From: Octopus bimaculoides
Taxonomy: Eukaryota
NCBI RefSeq assembly: GCF_001194135.2
Contig: NC_069000.1
Span: 10,695,583-10,759,582, forward strand
DNA length: 64,000 nucleotides
Direction: 5' to 3'
Each line of letters begins with the position of its first letter. The first letter of the stretch is position 1. Made by a program: the position numbers and the translations under genes. The notes under the pieces are model-generated. The model had not been told where the DNA came from. It did no database searches and worked only from the letters and a program-made list of their open reading frames with translations. Below, piece after piece: positions 38,255 to 51,642 of the stretch.

Positions 38255-38966
38255 TATATGTATGTATATATAATTATATATGTATGTATATATAATTATA
38301 TATGTATGTATATATAATTATATATTTATGTATATATATTATATATGTATGTATGTATATATATATATTATATATTACAATGTCCATGTTTTTCTCGAAA
38401 CTTGCTCGTTAACTCACACTCATACACACGTATATATAAATACATACATAGACACACACACACATATATATATATACATACATAGACACACACAGACACA
38501 CACACATATATATATATATATACATACATTACGTACATAGATACACAAGCACACACACACACACATATATACATTAATACATAGATACACGAGCACACAT
38601 ACACACATATATATATACATACATACATAGATACACAAGCACACACACACACACTCAGTCGATCACTCACTCTCTTTCACACTGCCATACATAGCCATCC
38701 ACGTTATGGTGCCATCTCCGTCATTTTGATCGGCCTACTATCTACAACACCCCCCTCTCACTCTCTCTCATTCACTCATTACAATCATACTTCAACTTCT
38801 ACAACACCAACATTAAACACACACAACAACTAAGTCTGTAATAAATACGCGCATTAAAAATTAAATGTCTTCGCCTTAGATTTTCCACTTTCCCGAAAGC
38901 TCATCACCAAGCACAAGAAGCAAGTCATATGAGAGAAAGGACTACGTAACTAAGTGTATACATATA

Positions 38967-39095
38967 TATATATACAACCATCCAGATTTCTGAGTACCTT
39001 AATTTGGTACATATATACAACCATCCAGATTTCTGATTATCTTAATTTTGTATATATATACAGCCATCCAGATTACTGAGTACCTTAATTTTTTT
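38967..39095. repeat. Three tandem ~43-nt units (tatatacaaccatccagatttctgagtaccttaattt)
   Basis: Directly visible. Confidence 0.9.
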
Positions 39096-39318
39096 CTATA
39101 ATTATAATTCCTGTACATCACCTCTAAACCTTCCAATATACATACATATATATATAACATACATCTGTGTGTGTATATATAGTCATATGAGGATACGAAT
39201 GCATAACTGAGATATGTATGTATGTATATAAACACCTACATCTGCGTGCGTATATATGTATGATGTACGATCAAGAAATAAACCTGCATTATTTTATACA
39301 GATCTACTTAAATAAATA

Positions 39319-39360
<42 letters not shown>

Positions 39361-39641
39361 NNNNNNNNNNNNNNNNNNNNNNNNNNNNNNNNNNNNNNNN
39401 NNNNNNNNNNNNNNNNNNNNNNNNNNNNNNNNNNNNNNNNNNNNNNNNNNNNNNNNNNNNNNNNNNNNNNNNNNNNNNNNNNNNNNNNNNNNNNNNNNNN
39501 NNNNNNNNNNNNNNNNNNNNNNNNNNNNNNNNNNNNNNNNNNNNNNNNNNNNNNNNNNNNNNNNNNNNNNNNNNNNNNNNNNNNNNNNNNNNNNNNNNNN
39601 NNNNNNNNNNNNNNNNNNNNNNNNNNNNNNNNNNNNNNNNN

Positions 39642-39689
<48 letters not shown>

Positions 39690-40064
39690 GTTATTATAAG
39701 TATACATGTACAACTGTCTGTGTCTGTTGTGTGTGTATGTGTGTGATTAGCTTTCTGTTAGCAGAAAGTAAAGTAGCTCTGAAGTGAAATTGCATTGTTG
39801 ATAAGTTGGAGATCTTGTCTTTTTTATTTTCCTTAAGGCAAACCACTTTAGTCTGTCTGGAAAGATAGGGAAATGAAGCAAGGAAGGAAAAACCATCATC
39901 CATGTGTATCCGTTAATAATATTAACGCATTTATGACATACTTTTTTGTTTTCTTATTTGCAATGAAATGGCTCCTCTGGAGTGTATATGCGTTTGTGTG
40001 TATGTATGTTTGTATATGCATGCATGTGTGTGTGTATATGTATATATATATATGTGTGTGTGTG

Positions 40065-40105
<41 letters not shown>

Positions 40106-40199
40106 TTGTGGTGGAGGAGAGAAAGAGAATGTGTACTGTTTTAGACAACCTAATTGACAAATATCTATAGATACTACTTTCAATTGGTATATTTGTACA

Positions 40200-40246
<47 letters not shown>

Positions 40247-40399
40247 GCACACACTAGTGTTGTGTGTGTGTACACATATATATATGATGTTCACAGCACT
40301 TGCAATATAACGAACTAATGTAGTATGATTCGTTGTTCCTAAGATCTTAGTGCAAGCCATTGTCATAAATATTTTTTAAAAGAGTTGATTTTTCCACAT

Positions 40400-40680
40400 A
40401 ACACATTAGATACGAACATATCGGTCTACGAGCCAACCTAGAGAGCCCCCTACATGCTCGCTCGATATTCTAGAAAGAGCAAACTAACCCCCCTCCACTG
40501 CCTGTCTCTCAAATCATACATCCTACCCGTCTTATAAAAAAAAAAAAAAAAGCGGACACATTGGATAATAAATATAGTCCTGGGTTCTCTACAAGAAGGT
40601 CTGGACACTACTGGAATGCTTTTGATCATAAAAAGGTCAGTTCGATCAGGTCTGACCTAGGGCTAAACAGTAACCATATC
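40400..40680. mobile_element. Interspersed repeat family G (SINE-like)
   Basis: Segments gctcgatattctagaaagagca and ggtcagttcgatcaggtctgacctagggctaaac recur at about 1780, 35190, 40960, 41105, 42185, 42335, 43330-43515, 46015, 56260, 58015. Confidence 0.65.
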
Positions 40681-40855
40681 ACCTATGCACACACACACAC
40701 ACGCTGTATGTTTCATATCAGTGTAGTTATGTAATGTCAACGACCACCCGATTCCAACTTGTGCATAAATACATTTACGAATGCTTGTAATTTCTAGGCT
40801 GTAAACTCTCCGGATTTTCTCAGAAATACATATCTATTCGCATACAAACTCGTGC

Positions 40856-40899
<44 letters not shown>

Positions 40900-41683
40900 T
40901 AGATAAGTGTATGTTTGTTTGTAAGGCTCGAATACTTTGTCTTCTTGCCTTCCTTGTAGTCTTAATCTGTTTTTTGTTGTCGTTTTAGCTTCAGGCCAAG
41001 CTCGATCGAGCGCAGACACCTATGGATCATTGATTAGATATCATTGCATCGTGTGTCCTTTTTTTTTTTTTTATTTAAAATGTTATAGGATATGATCTGA
41101 CAGAGGATTTTGGCTGTTGTTTCTAGCAGGCCGAACGGCCACGTAAAAAGAAGCTCACTCACAAGCAGGCACTGTTTATTTGAGATGATGGCCAATCACC
41201 TTCTTTTGCATTCCTTCTCTTTCTCTCTCTCTCTCTCTCTCTGTATCTCATATTCAGACAGTAAGCAACTAACTGTTGAGAATAAACTGCGTATCTATGT
41301 TATATGGCTACAAATAATAATAATGATAATAATAATTAATAATAATGATAATAATGGATAAATAGTATAAGCAAGTAAGCATTTCGTAGTTCAATCTGAC
41401 TTATGATGATGATTGTAGTGGTGTGGTGGTGGTGGTGGTGATGGCAGTGTTGAGTAGTTCCACCACGTCTATACTCCCCTACCCTTCATTATTATCACGC
41501 ATTCCCAACGGGTATATATATATATATATATATATATNNNNNNNNNNNNNNNNNNNNNNNNNNNNNNNNNNNNNNNNNNNNNNNNNNNNNNNNNNNNNNN
41601 NNNNNNNNNNNNNNNNNNNNNNNNNNNNNNNNNNNNNNNNNNNNNNNNNNNNNNNNNNNNNNNNNNNNNNNNNNGTATGTATG

Positions 41684-41717
<34 letters not shown>

Positions 41718-44011
41718 TGTATATACATATATATGCATGTGTATATGTCTATATATATATATGTACTTATATAGGTTATATGTACATGTCTATACATGTG
41801 TGTATATATACACAAATTTGTCTATGTGTGTGTTTACATACATACATACAGATGTGTGTTGTATGTCTATTTATTTTTTCTGGTCAGTTTCCCCGTTGTA
41901 TTGTCGAGTTATTTACGTTTCATTCGATGTATGAAGTTGGGTAAGACAGAGGAATTTTGTGTGTAGGTGTATATGTTCAAATGTGTGTATGGAGGGAGAG
42001 AGAAGAGGTGAGGTTTGTCTGAACGAACCACCACCAGCAGTAGAATTAATTTTTTTCTCCCCCAAAACGAAATCTTGTTTGCAGTGAAAAATCAAAAACG
42101 GAACTAAGTCTGGGTGTACGTGTGTTTGTATAGATGTAAAAAAAAAAAGAAGATAGGTATTCCTTGTTGCTGTTTTTTTTTTAACCCCAGGTCACCCCTG
42201 ATCGAGCTGATCTATGACCAGGGACGATCCAACTAAGCATCGTCCTGAGTTTTTAAGGGTACTTAGAGATGCCTGTCCATTGTAACTTTCGTACCTCACT
42301 TTTTTTTTCCGCTAAAGCGTGTGTAATTTAAAGAGAGATTTGGCTGTTATTTCTAGTTTCGAACGAACGGCCATGTATCGACAAGAGATAGCAACAGATG
42401 ATTATATTAACCTCAGTGCTTGATTACTATTTATTTTATCAACAAAACCCTGCAGATAAGATCGACCTCATTTTAGATTCGAATGCAATATGTGCGTATC
42501 CATCTTATTGTAAAAACTGCTTAAATATGGTTATTGTTTGAAACTGAACGGGGGAAAAAAAAATAGTTTCTAGACGGCAGAGAAGCTATCAGTAACTCGT
42601 ATATATGTAAGGGTATGTTACGAGTGGTCTGTTTATTTTCTACATCTATGTATTTTCTCAGTGTTTACTGCTGCCATTAGACAAATCGCTTACGCATTCC
42701 GGGTGTTATGATGAAAGCACTGTTCTTCCACAGGGAAAATACTTTCCTTAAAAAAGCTGTGATTTTTCAATAGAAAACGTGTTTCCCCCACCTGTTATAT
42801 ATTTCTCTGTAATCCTTTTCTGCAAAAAAAAAAAAAAAAACTTTTCTTATATATAATACAAAGGACTTAAGTTTTTACTATAGAAATAAAAATTGCGCGA
42901 TGTTCGTGTCTCTATTTATTATCACGAGAAGTACTCAGAGACGTTTAAGTGAAACGGAATTAGCTACAGTTTGGATGAAGGGATTATGTAAGTTGTCTTG
43001 TTCTGAAATCATTTTCTTTTTAATAAGGCTCTCAAGACCGCCCCCTTCCCCCTTCCCAGGGTTTTGTGATGGTGAATGTATATATAATCTGATGAGAATC
43101 AACCCCCAGTGTATAACTAGTGCTCCAGCTCTGGGGGCCTCAGTGCGATCGTCCATCACACGTAACTGATTTTTCGTTTAAACGATACAGTGGTAAATAT
43201 AGGGCCCTTGTAGTTCGGCGGGATGGTCACGACTGGAGCGGCGTTGATCATATAAGGCTTGTGCAATTTGTAAATCAAGGTTGACTTTAGGACTAAGCGT
43301 GATAGCAATAACTAGCTCGATGCTGGTGAAAGAGAGCGAGAGAGAGCAGTCAACTAGGCTTCAAATCACACCCGACTGTCTTAAACAATAATGGATACGT
43401 AGGATGATGTAATCCTGGGCTCACTTGATCTGAATAAAATAACCGAATAGAGTTCGGAACTGCTTTGATCGTCGGTCTACTTTAATCAGTGTCGACCTGG
43501 GGCTAAACGGCAACCCATAATTATGGCCATCCCGGAGATAAAAAGACTGTTCCTCTCTTTCTCTCTCCGTCTCTCTTAATTGCTTTTTTTTTTCTTTCTT
43601 TCTTTTTTTTTAACTAAACACAAGGTCGTATATTTTTGCTTAGTGGAAAACTATAAAGTTGTGACTTGATTGTACTTTCCCCAAAATGGTTTATACTTCC
43701 CAACTTCAGACTCCCCTCCCGTAACCCCCTCCAAAAAAAAAAAATGGTTTCGATTTTAAATTGGAAAGAAAAAAATTCCAAGAGTTACACGCATATTTAT
43801 TTATTTCCCCTAAAACCAAACAAAACAAATAAATATGTTGGCTCGTGTTTGTAATTAAGAAAATGTGTCAGCTTCGAAAATGTCATTTCTCTAACCGCCT
43901 TTATGTGTGTGTGTACGTGTTTCCACCCTAGTTACTGTTGGTGGTGAGGGAATTTCTAGTGAAGTGTTGATTTTTAGTGTTTCAGAAGGGTGGGGAGAAA
44001 GAAAGACAGCA

Positions 44012-44055
<44 letters not shown>

Positions 44056-44467
44056 TGATTGACATGACAAAACGACATAATGTGTAAGCAGATAAGTTTT
44101 TCTACGAATCGAATCCGTGGCCCAGTTTCCCGTTCTAGAGTGAAACTATTCCGCGTGCGTCACTAATTACCGTAGAAAAAAAAAAAAAAAAAANNNNNNN
44201 NNNNNNNNNNNNNNNNNNNNNNNNNNNNNNNNNNNNNNNNNNNNNNNNNNNNNNNNNNNNNNNNNNNNNNNNNNNNNNNNNNNNNNNNNNNNNNNNNNNN
44301 NNNNNNNNNNNNNNNNNNNNNNNNNNNNNNNNNNNNNNNNNNNNTTACCAGATTATTTTTATAAAAGAGAAATGTGTATAGTTTTACAAGCTGGGGACGA
44401 AAATTGCATTTATTTATTTATTTATCCCCCCTCACACACACACAGAAATTGATAGTAAAGAAATTAC

Positions 44468-44602
44468 ATCAATGTAAAAATTTGAAATTTCTACTAGTTT
44501 AAAATCACGTGTAAAATCTTTGTGTAAAATTTCAAGTACTTCCAAGTCGGTTGTAAGAAATTTAGCAAGATCCAGATTCAACACAAAATACAAGTGAAAT
44601 GC
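44468..44602 (-). CDS. Candidate exon (AFHLYFVLNLDLAKFLTTDLEVLEILHKDFTRDFKLVEISNFYID)
   Basis: ttttgcaaag acceptor, GAT|gtaatt donor, 45 open codons with D/E/L-rich composition. No homologue recognised. Confidence 0.25.
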
Positions 44603-46344
44603 CTTTGCAAAATAACCAAAAGAAAACAAAATCTGATAAAAACAAGACATGAATTCCTTTTTTCTTTTTTGGTTTTTAAATCTGAAGTTTTCTGTCTTAG
44701 CCTACTGAAATCAATATGAAAGAGTGCTGCACTATTCGTCTCTTTCTCTTCTTTATATGTCTTCCAGCATTGTTTCTGTTTTGCCATTAATTACACTTTC
44801 TAATAGGTACTTCACGGCAACTCTTTATCTCTAAGTCTGACCAGTTGGTGCTGGCGGGTGGAGGTTGTGTTTGGTGGCCGTCAGAAGAGACATTTGATTT
44901 TATAAGCAAGGAAAGAGTTAAAGGCAAAGATTTTTCTCTCTCTCTCTCTCTCTCTCTCTTTCCTTCCTTCCTTCCTTGTCTCCAAACTAAGCAAAGCAAG
45001 CAACCGCCAAGTTTGTTGTTTATTCGTGTAAAAAGGCCATCAAAAACATCCAGTTATCGCCTCATTGAATTTTGCCACCCACAATTTCATTAAGTTCAGA
45101 AGAGACAGTTTCATACACATAGAGACACACTTGGATCTGTGTGTGTGTGTGTGTGTGCGTGCGTGAGTGTATTTGTAAATATATATTTGTATATGTATAT
45201 ATGTGTATACCCATTTATATTTATAAATACATACACCTAGTTAGTTGATTTAAGCTGGTTTAGTGGCCGTTTGCTCTGTAACAGGCCACCGAACCAGCTT
45301 AAACTGTATGTGTGAGTATGCACATATCTATATATATATATATATNNNNNNNNNNTGTATATATATATATATATATACATACATACATACATGCATACAC
45401 ACACAAATATATTTGTATATTCATCTTGACACCTCATCACCATCTTTATCTCTCTCTCTCCTCAGTTTCACTCCGATTACTCCTACCCACTCTTATACAT
45501 TGAGAGCCAGCAACGGGTCTCTTCTACTGTGAGAAACCTAGAGAAGGCAAAACAATTGCCTAGTGACAACTGGGACCACCTCTGAAATTAGCAGGGGAGA
45601 TAAATCTCAAGACTCCTGGAATTAAAAATGCTCTTGCTGAAAGACAGCCTGGTAACCAGAGGACAGCTGTGGACACGTTTCTGCCTCAGAAGTGTCATCA
45701 GCACATCAGTGGTCCTATCTTGATCCCAGCAAAGGACTTAAGAGTTAAGTTCTTTGGCATAGAACTCTATATGCCCAAGTCACAGTTGTAATTTGTTACG
45801 TATTGTTAATATATAACTGGTTCAATACACATTGAAATTTTTAAAACATTTCCTTTACAAGGTAAATGTTGTTTAGCTTTGGGATAACTTTGATTGAGAA
45901 AACTTTTATGAAAAGCTTGTCAGTCATAACTACCTCTTCCTTTGAAGTGTATCTAGAACTATATTATCCAACATTGTTCTTTTGTCTGAGACTGTGGCAC
46001 ATGATTTGAGAAAGGAAATTTGCTGCTGTTTCTAGCAGGTGTGTTGCGTCACCACAGTGGTACTCCTTCTTTAGCTCATGTATCATTGTTCACTATCGAA
46101 GTGAAATTTAAGTAAAGAGTTTTATAGATCATTGCTTTCTTTCTATGGAAGAGTCAGTCCTACAAATATCATCACTGCCATCATCACCACCATCATTGTC
46201 ATCATCATCTGTTGTTCCATGCTTGCAAGTTTTCTCCAGTGTATCATCTCACCACTTGTCGCAGTCACTCATCACTTGCTTTGCCGAGGCTCAGCATCCT
46301 GACATCATCATATCTCTCCTTGGTTTTTCCTCTTCCATTTACAT

Positions 46345-46708
46345 TACTTACTCTTTTTTTACTTTTTGCAGTGATTTGACTGCGGCCATGCTGGAGCACT
46401 GCCTTTAGTCGAACAAATCGACCCCAGGACTTTTTTCTTTGTAAGCCTAGTGTTTATTCTCTCTGTCTCTTTTTGCCGAATCACTAAGTAACAGGGTTGT
46501 AAACACACCAACATCGGTTGTCAAGCGATGGTGGGGGGACAAACACAGACACAAATAACAAATACATAAATATATATATACGACAGGCTTCTTTTTGTTT
46601 CCATCTACCATACCAAATCCACTTTGGTCAGCTCAAGGCTATAGTAGAAGACACTTGCTCATGGTGCCATGCAGTGGGACTGAACCTGGAACCATGTGGT
46701 TGGGAAGC
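46345..46708 (-). mobile_element. Composite SINE A-B
   Basis: Reverse complement of the A and B texts. Confidence 0.85.
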
Positions 46709-46739
46709 AAGTTCCTTATCGCTTTTTTTTTTGACTCAA

Positions 46740-47130
46740 CTCCTTACACATCAAATTCTCATACCATTGTAGTCTCCTCTCCACTATTCTACTTATCTGG
46801 CTCCTCTTATATTACAATTCTGTTCTTTTTTCCCCCTTGCCTTTGTTTCAGTTCATTTGTGCTCTGTTAATCATGCACACTAACATTACACATCTAGTGA
46901 GGAATGCTTCTTGCCATTTCCCTTCTAGGTTGTTTTTCACATCTTCCTCATTCAGTCAGTTCCCATGTTTCTCAACCATGCAGCTTCACACTTTCTACGA
47001 AAGCATCGTGCAGTCTGCCCTCCATTTGGAGAGAGAGAATTGCCTCCTTTTTTTGCCAGCATGAACAGTTGTTCCCTAAACTTTCTCTATTTCATTCTTT
47101 CTTTGTCTAGTATGATTTTGGGATATCTAC
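46740..47130 (-). mobile_element. RTE-clade LINE C-terminal fragment, degraded
   Basis: Frameshifted KFREQLFMLAKKG...GRLHDAFVESVKLHG*ETW...*MCNVSVHD*QSTNELKQ...ERRLQWYENLM matches the RTE pattern KFRELLP.L...GRLYDACV...MLHGSETW...RWMCNV...ERRLRWYGHV. Confidence 0.85.
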
Positions 47131-48394
47131 CATTACTGTTAATTCAGTTGCTTACTATTAACTACTTCCTTGGAGCCTTCCTAACATCATCATCACCACC
47201 ACCACCACCATCACCATTTAATGTCTGTTTTCAATGCTGGCATGGGTTGGACAGTTTGACAGGAGTTTGCAAGCCAGAGTACTGTGCCAAGCCCCTCTGC
47301 CTGCTTTTTGGCTTGGTTTCTATAGCTGAGTGCCCTTCTTTACACCAGATGCCTTTACTATTGTGGATCTACCACATGTGAGATTTTCCTTCTCTGTTGG
47401 CCTGTCTGTGAGTTTGCTATCATAACTCTTGTGCTTCCATACTTTGAATTCCTTGGGTACACTATATGGTAATTATTACCTTCTCCTTTTCTGCATATTC
47501 AGTAGGAGGTCACTTCCTAAATGCCAGTAGAATCCTGTCTTCTTTCCTGTTAACTACAGCTTATTTGTCGGTTTACTTCGAGGCCTCTCAGTTGTCCTTT
47601 TTTCCCCCCTAGACATATTAATTCAATTATGAAATTATTCTTAATTTCTTAAATTTATGACCCTTTCTCGTTCACATTTGGTCACATTTACCACTAGATT
47701 TCTGTCTTCCTTCTGTGTCTGTGAACGAAATTTCAATAAATCAAGAATTTATAATGCTTAGCATTCAGTTCACCCTCCATCATCTTTGTTATCCAGATTG
47801 GTGAGTGATAGAGACAAAACTCAACAGAGGATTTAGTAAGCAAAAGACTCAATTGTATGTAGAGAGATCTAACCATCAGTCTCCATCACTACCACTGATT
47901 TTAATGTTTTGTTTTGTCATGTTCACTCTGGTGGGAGGGGTTTTCTCCAGCACTGGTTTACACCAAATCATCATGGTCCTCTATCATTTCTTCTTTGAGA
48001 TTCAATATTCAGAGATCAATCTTCACTGTTTTATCTCATGTCTTAGTGAGTTTCCCCTCTTGCACAAGCTTCCATCCACTTGGAGTGACCTGCTCTTTAT
48101 ATAACTGTTAATTTCTGTGTACATATAGAAGCTTAGCTACAAAGATGCCTTAAATCTGACTTGAAAGAAAGGCAATGTTCATGTGAAAAATTGTGGGGAA
48201 AAGTGTTGGAGAATGGACTTGGAAGGAATAATGCACTTGATGTGTGTTGGGGTAACTGAAATGAAAGGGGGGATGAAAATCTTGCTGCACCTCGGGGAGT
48301 ATAGAGCTCTTGTGAACTCACTTTAGTTTTGTGAGTTCATTGCAGTCTTCTTTTATTATGTTTTCATTAAACTATAAAAGCACATGGCCTAATG

Positions 48395-48644
48395 CAGTGT
48401 TTCTCAACCGGGGTTCCTTAGAACCCCTAGGGTTCTGAAAAAGGTTCCTAGGGGTTCCGTGAGAAAGAGTGAAATAAGCTAATGTTAATTTCAATATATA
48501 TGTGTGTGTGTGTGTATAATATTTACCATGTGAACTACGATGCAAAAAATATGGTATATAATTTTTTTTTTTGTGCAAGGGTTCCTTCATCATCATCAAT
48601 TTATTTTAAGGGTTACGCAAGGGTAAAAAGGTTGAGAAACACTG
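48395..48644. mobile_element. hAT (Charlie-like) MITE, 250 bp
   Basis: Perfect 15-bp TIR CAGTGTTTCTCAACC / GGTTGAGAAACACTG; 8-bp TSD gcctaatg / gcctgatg. Confidence 0.95.
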
Positions 48645-49746
48645 GCCTGATGTATAGAAGTGTTGGACTTGCGATCAGGTTGTGGATCCAATTCCTGGAT
48701 CAGGTAATGTGTTGTACCCTTGAGTGAGGTACTTTATTTTTACACTGCTCTAGTCTACTCTGCAAAAATGAACAGCAACTCCATGCTGGTGTGGCCATCT
48801 CTCCCCTTCTAGCTATCACACCCTAGACGTTCCACTGCGCCAAAGATGGAAAGACCAAGTGTGTCTGTGTTTGTTTCACAACTTCAGATGTATGTAAAAC
48901 ATTCAGTTAAAAAAAGCGTGATTACATGTTACCAAGCCATACTTGCTTGTAAGTGACAACCAAGGAATTGCACATTGGATTTCCATGTCACTGCTTCACA
49001 ATAACCTTTCTGTCGACGGGACTCTTATAAGGTAGAAAATATTTGAATTCACAACATAAGGAACTAGAACAGATAGTGCAAGGTGTCTCGTCTGACATTC
49101 GCTAATCCTGTCCTGGTTCTGATAGTTTATCTATCACCTCTGAAAGAATGAAAGGCAAACTTGAACTCAGAAGACAGTACCACAACATATGTCACAAAGT
49201 AGTCTGTGTGATATACTAACAACTCCTACCAACTCACCAGCTTTTGTCAATGTGTGTGTGTGTGTGTGTGTGTTTATCAAGGGCAGTCAGTTGGCAGAGT
49301 TGTTAGTGTGTCAAATGAATGTCTTCCAACTCTTTACATTCTGAGTTCTAATCCTGCAGAGGTCAACTTTACCATTTTTCTTTCTGTGTGCCAGTTCCTT
49401 CCCTTCACAAAATTGACTGGGAGAAGTTCTGAAGGATCGTCATCATCATCATCATCATCATCATTATCATCATCATCATTATCATCATCCTTTAACATCT
49501 GTTTTCCATGTCGGTATGGGTTTGACAGCAGCTGGTGAGGTCAGGGGCTGCACCAGGCTCTATTGTCTGTTTTGGAATAGTTTCTACAGCTGGATGCCCT
49601 TCCTAATGCCAACACTTATTTCTTTCTTCCAAAACTGTCACTTCCACTCAATCACAGTATAAGCATGTAACCCTGCCTGGGCTCCTGAAGTTGGTGATGC
49701 TTATATATACATGCATACATATAATATATCTTTATGTGTGTGTGTA

Positions 49747-50023
49747 GTTCATTGAACAACTGATGAGGAATTAGTTGTTTGGTCTACTGAATTATCTGCC
49801 CCTGAATTGATAACTCGGTCCCAGGTTAATTCAATAGCTGTGTATAATAGCATCGAAAAATACCTTAGGAATGAGAACCCAGTTTCGAAATTTCCACCAA
49901 GACACCTGAAGAAGGCTGGAGGGTATATCAGCTGAAACGTTATGTTAACAACAAACAAGATGAGGACAAATATCTGTTGAATGTAAATAATGTACGTAAT
50001 TCCTCATCTCTTAAATATAGAAC
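49747..50023 (+). mobile_element. Penelope-like element terminal segment
   Basis: Carries the CCTGAAGAAGGC...GAAACGT motif typical of PLE termini; a second partial copy lies at 10245-10328. Confidence 0.65.
49901..49946 (+). ncRNA. Minimal type I hammerhead ribozyme (canonical core)
   Basis: gacac-CUGAAGA-a-ggcug(gaggguauau)cagcu-GAAA-cg-UU-auguu: stem II of 5 bp, palindromic ACGU stem III, stem I with one mismatch. Confidence 0.7.
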
Positions 50024-50580
50024 TAAACTGGTTATTGTTATTATCAGAATTAGTGGCATCCAAACTTGGTCTTTGCTTGGTATTATCAGCTGATTATTGT
50101 TACCAAAAATGCTTTGCTCTTTGTGTGTAAGCGTGTAATATCTAATATAGTGCTGTTATAATTTAACGTCTGTGTTCCATGCAGGTATGGGTTGGACGGT
50201 TTGGGCCCAAGGACTGCATTGTGATCCAGTATCTGCTTTGGTATGGATTTTGTGACTGGATGCCTTTTTTTTAATGCCAACCACTTTACAGTATGTACTG
50301 GGTGCCTTCCTCATGCCACCAACACTAGTGAGGCTGTCATGCAGTTTGCAAGACTATAAACTGGATTGGGGCTAACTCTTTACTAGGAGACACACATACG
50401 CATGCATGCACACAATGTTTCAATTTTTAAGTGTTAAAGCAGCCAGAGGACAGTGTGTGTCACTTCGAAAAAAATCATATTTATGGGTAAATGTTGTAAA
50501 GTGGTTTATGTTAGGAATGAGATCCAGCAGTAAAACAAATGGACTACATAGGTTAGATGTCTAGAATTGTTGTGAAAAGT

Positions 50581-50950
50581 GGAGGCGCAATGGCCCAGTG
50601 GTTAGGGCAGCGGACTGGCGGTCATAGGATTGCGGTTTCGATTCCCAGACCTGGCGTTGTGAGTGTTTATTGAGCGAAAACACCTAAAGCTTCGCGAGGC
50701 TCTGGCAGGGGGTGGTGGAGAACCCTGCTGTACTCTTCCACCACGACTTTCTCTCACTCTTTCTTCCTGTTTCTGTTGTACCTGTATTTCAAAGGGTCAG
50801 CCTTGTCACACTGTGTCACGCTGAATATCCCTGAGAACTACATTAAGGGTACACGTGTCTGTGGAGTGCTCAGCCACTTGCATGTTAATTTCACGTGCAG
50901 GCTGTTCCGTTGATCGGATCAACTGGAACCCTCGACGGAGTGCCAACATG
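50581..50950 (+). mobile_element. SINE family E variant with a well-preserved tRNA head
   Basis: A-box tggcccagtgg, B-box ggtttcgattccc, then E core and tail gacggagtgcca. Confidence 0.9.
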
Positions 50951-51319
50951 TTGTGAAAAGTATATCCGATGTGATAATAAAATGCGCCAAGTCCACAGGC
51001 AGAGTGGTTCGTGTCAGGAAGGGCATCATGCTATAAAATCCATTAGAGGAAGGAAGAGGACTTTTGAGACTCGGTGACTAGTTTTGGCCACATTATCAAA
51101 TGTATTCAGTTCATTCTGTTAAGTGGCTGATGACATGTCAGCCAGTCATGCTAACCATGCTGAAAGAACAACATACTCAGCTATGTTGCTGTATGTGCCA
51201 GATTACAACAAACTACGCTGGGTAGCGAAATGTGAGACCTTACCAAACTGTGCCAGCCTAGAAATACTCACAGAAAATGATGATGCTACGTGCATACATA
51301 TGTGTTTATAGACATTTTG

Positions 51320-51510
51320 TTCTTTTACTTGTCTCAGTCATTTGACTGCAGCCGAGTTTTTAGTTGAAAAAATTGACCCCAGGACTTATTCTTTGTAAGC
51401 CTAATATTTATTCTATCGGTCACTTTTGCCAAACTGCTAAGTAACAGGGAAATACTCACACCAACATTGGTTGTAAGCGATGGTGGAGGGATAAACACAG
51501 ACACACAAAC
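51320..51510 (-). mobile_element. B part of a composite SINE whose A part is split between 51750-51790 and 53008-53103
   Basis: Reverse complement of the B text; the spacer holds the 51561-51707 insertion. Confidence 0.8.
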
Positions 51511-51524
51511 ATATACACACACAT

Positions 51525-51562
<38 letters not shown>

Positions 51563-51642
51563 CAATTGCAGCGTGGAAGGTGTTTATAAGCGATTTAAAA
51601 TAACACACAAAATCCGTTAGATTCACTTCAACATTTAAATTT

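Noticed and set aside
42705-42790. ATGATGA as a C/D snoRNA box C
   Set aside because: No box D (CTGA) or terminal stem at a suitable distance.
50581-50655. tRNA gene
   Set aside because: A and B boxes are present, but the sequence continues into the SINE E body with no acceptor stem or oligo-T terminator; it is a SINE head.
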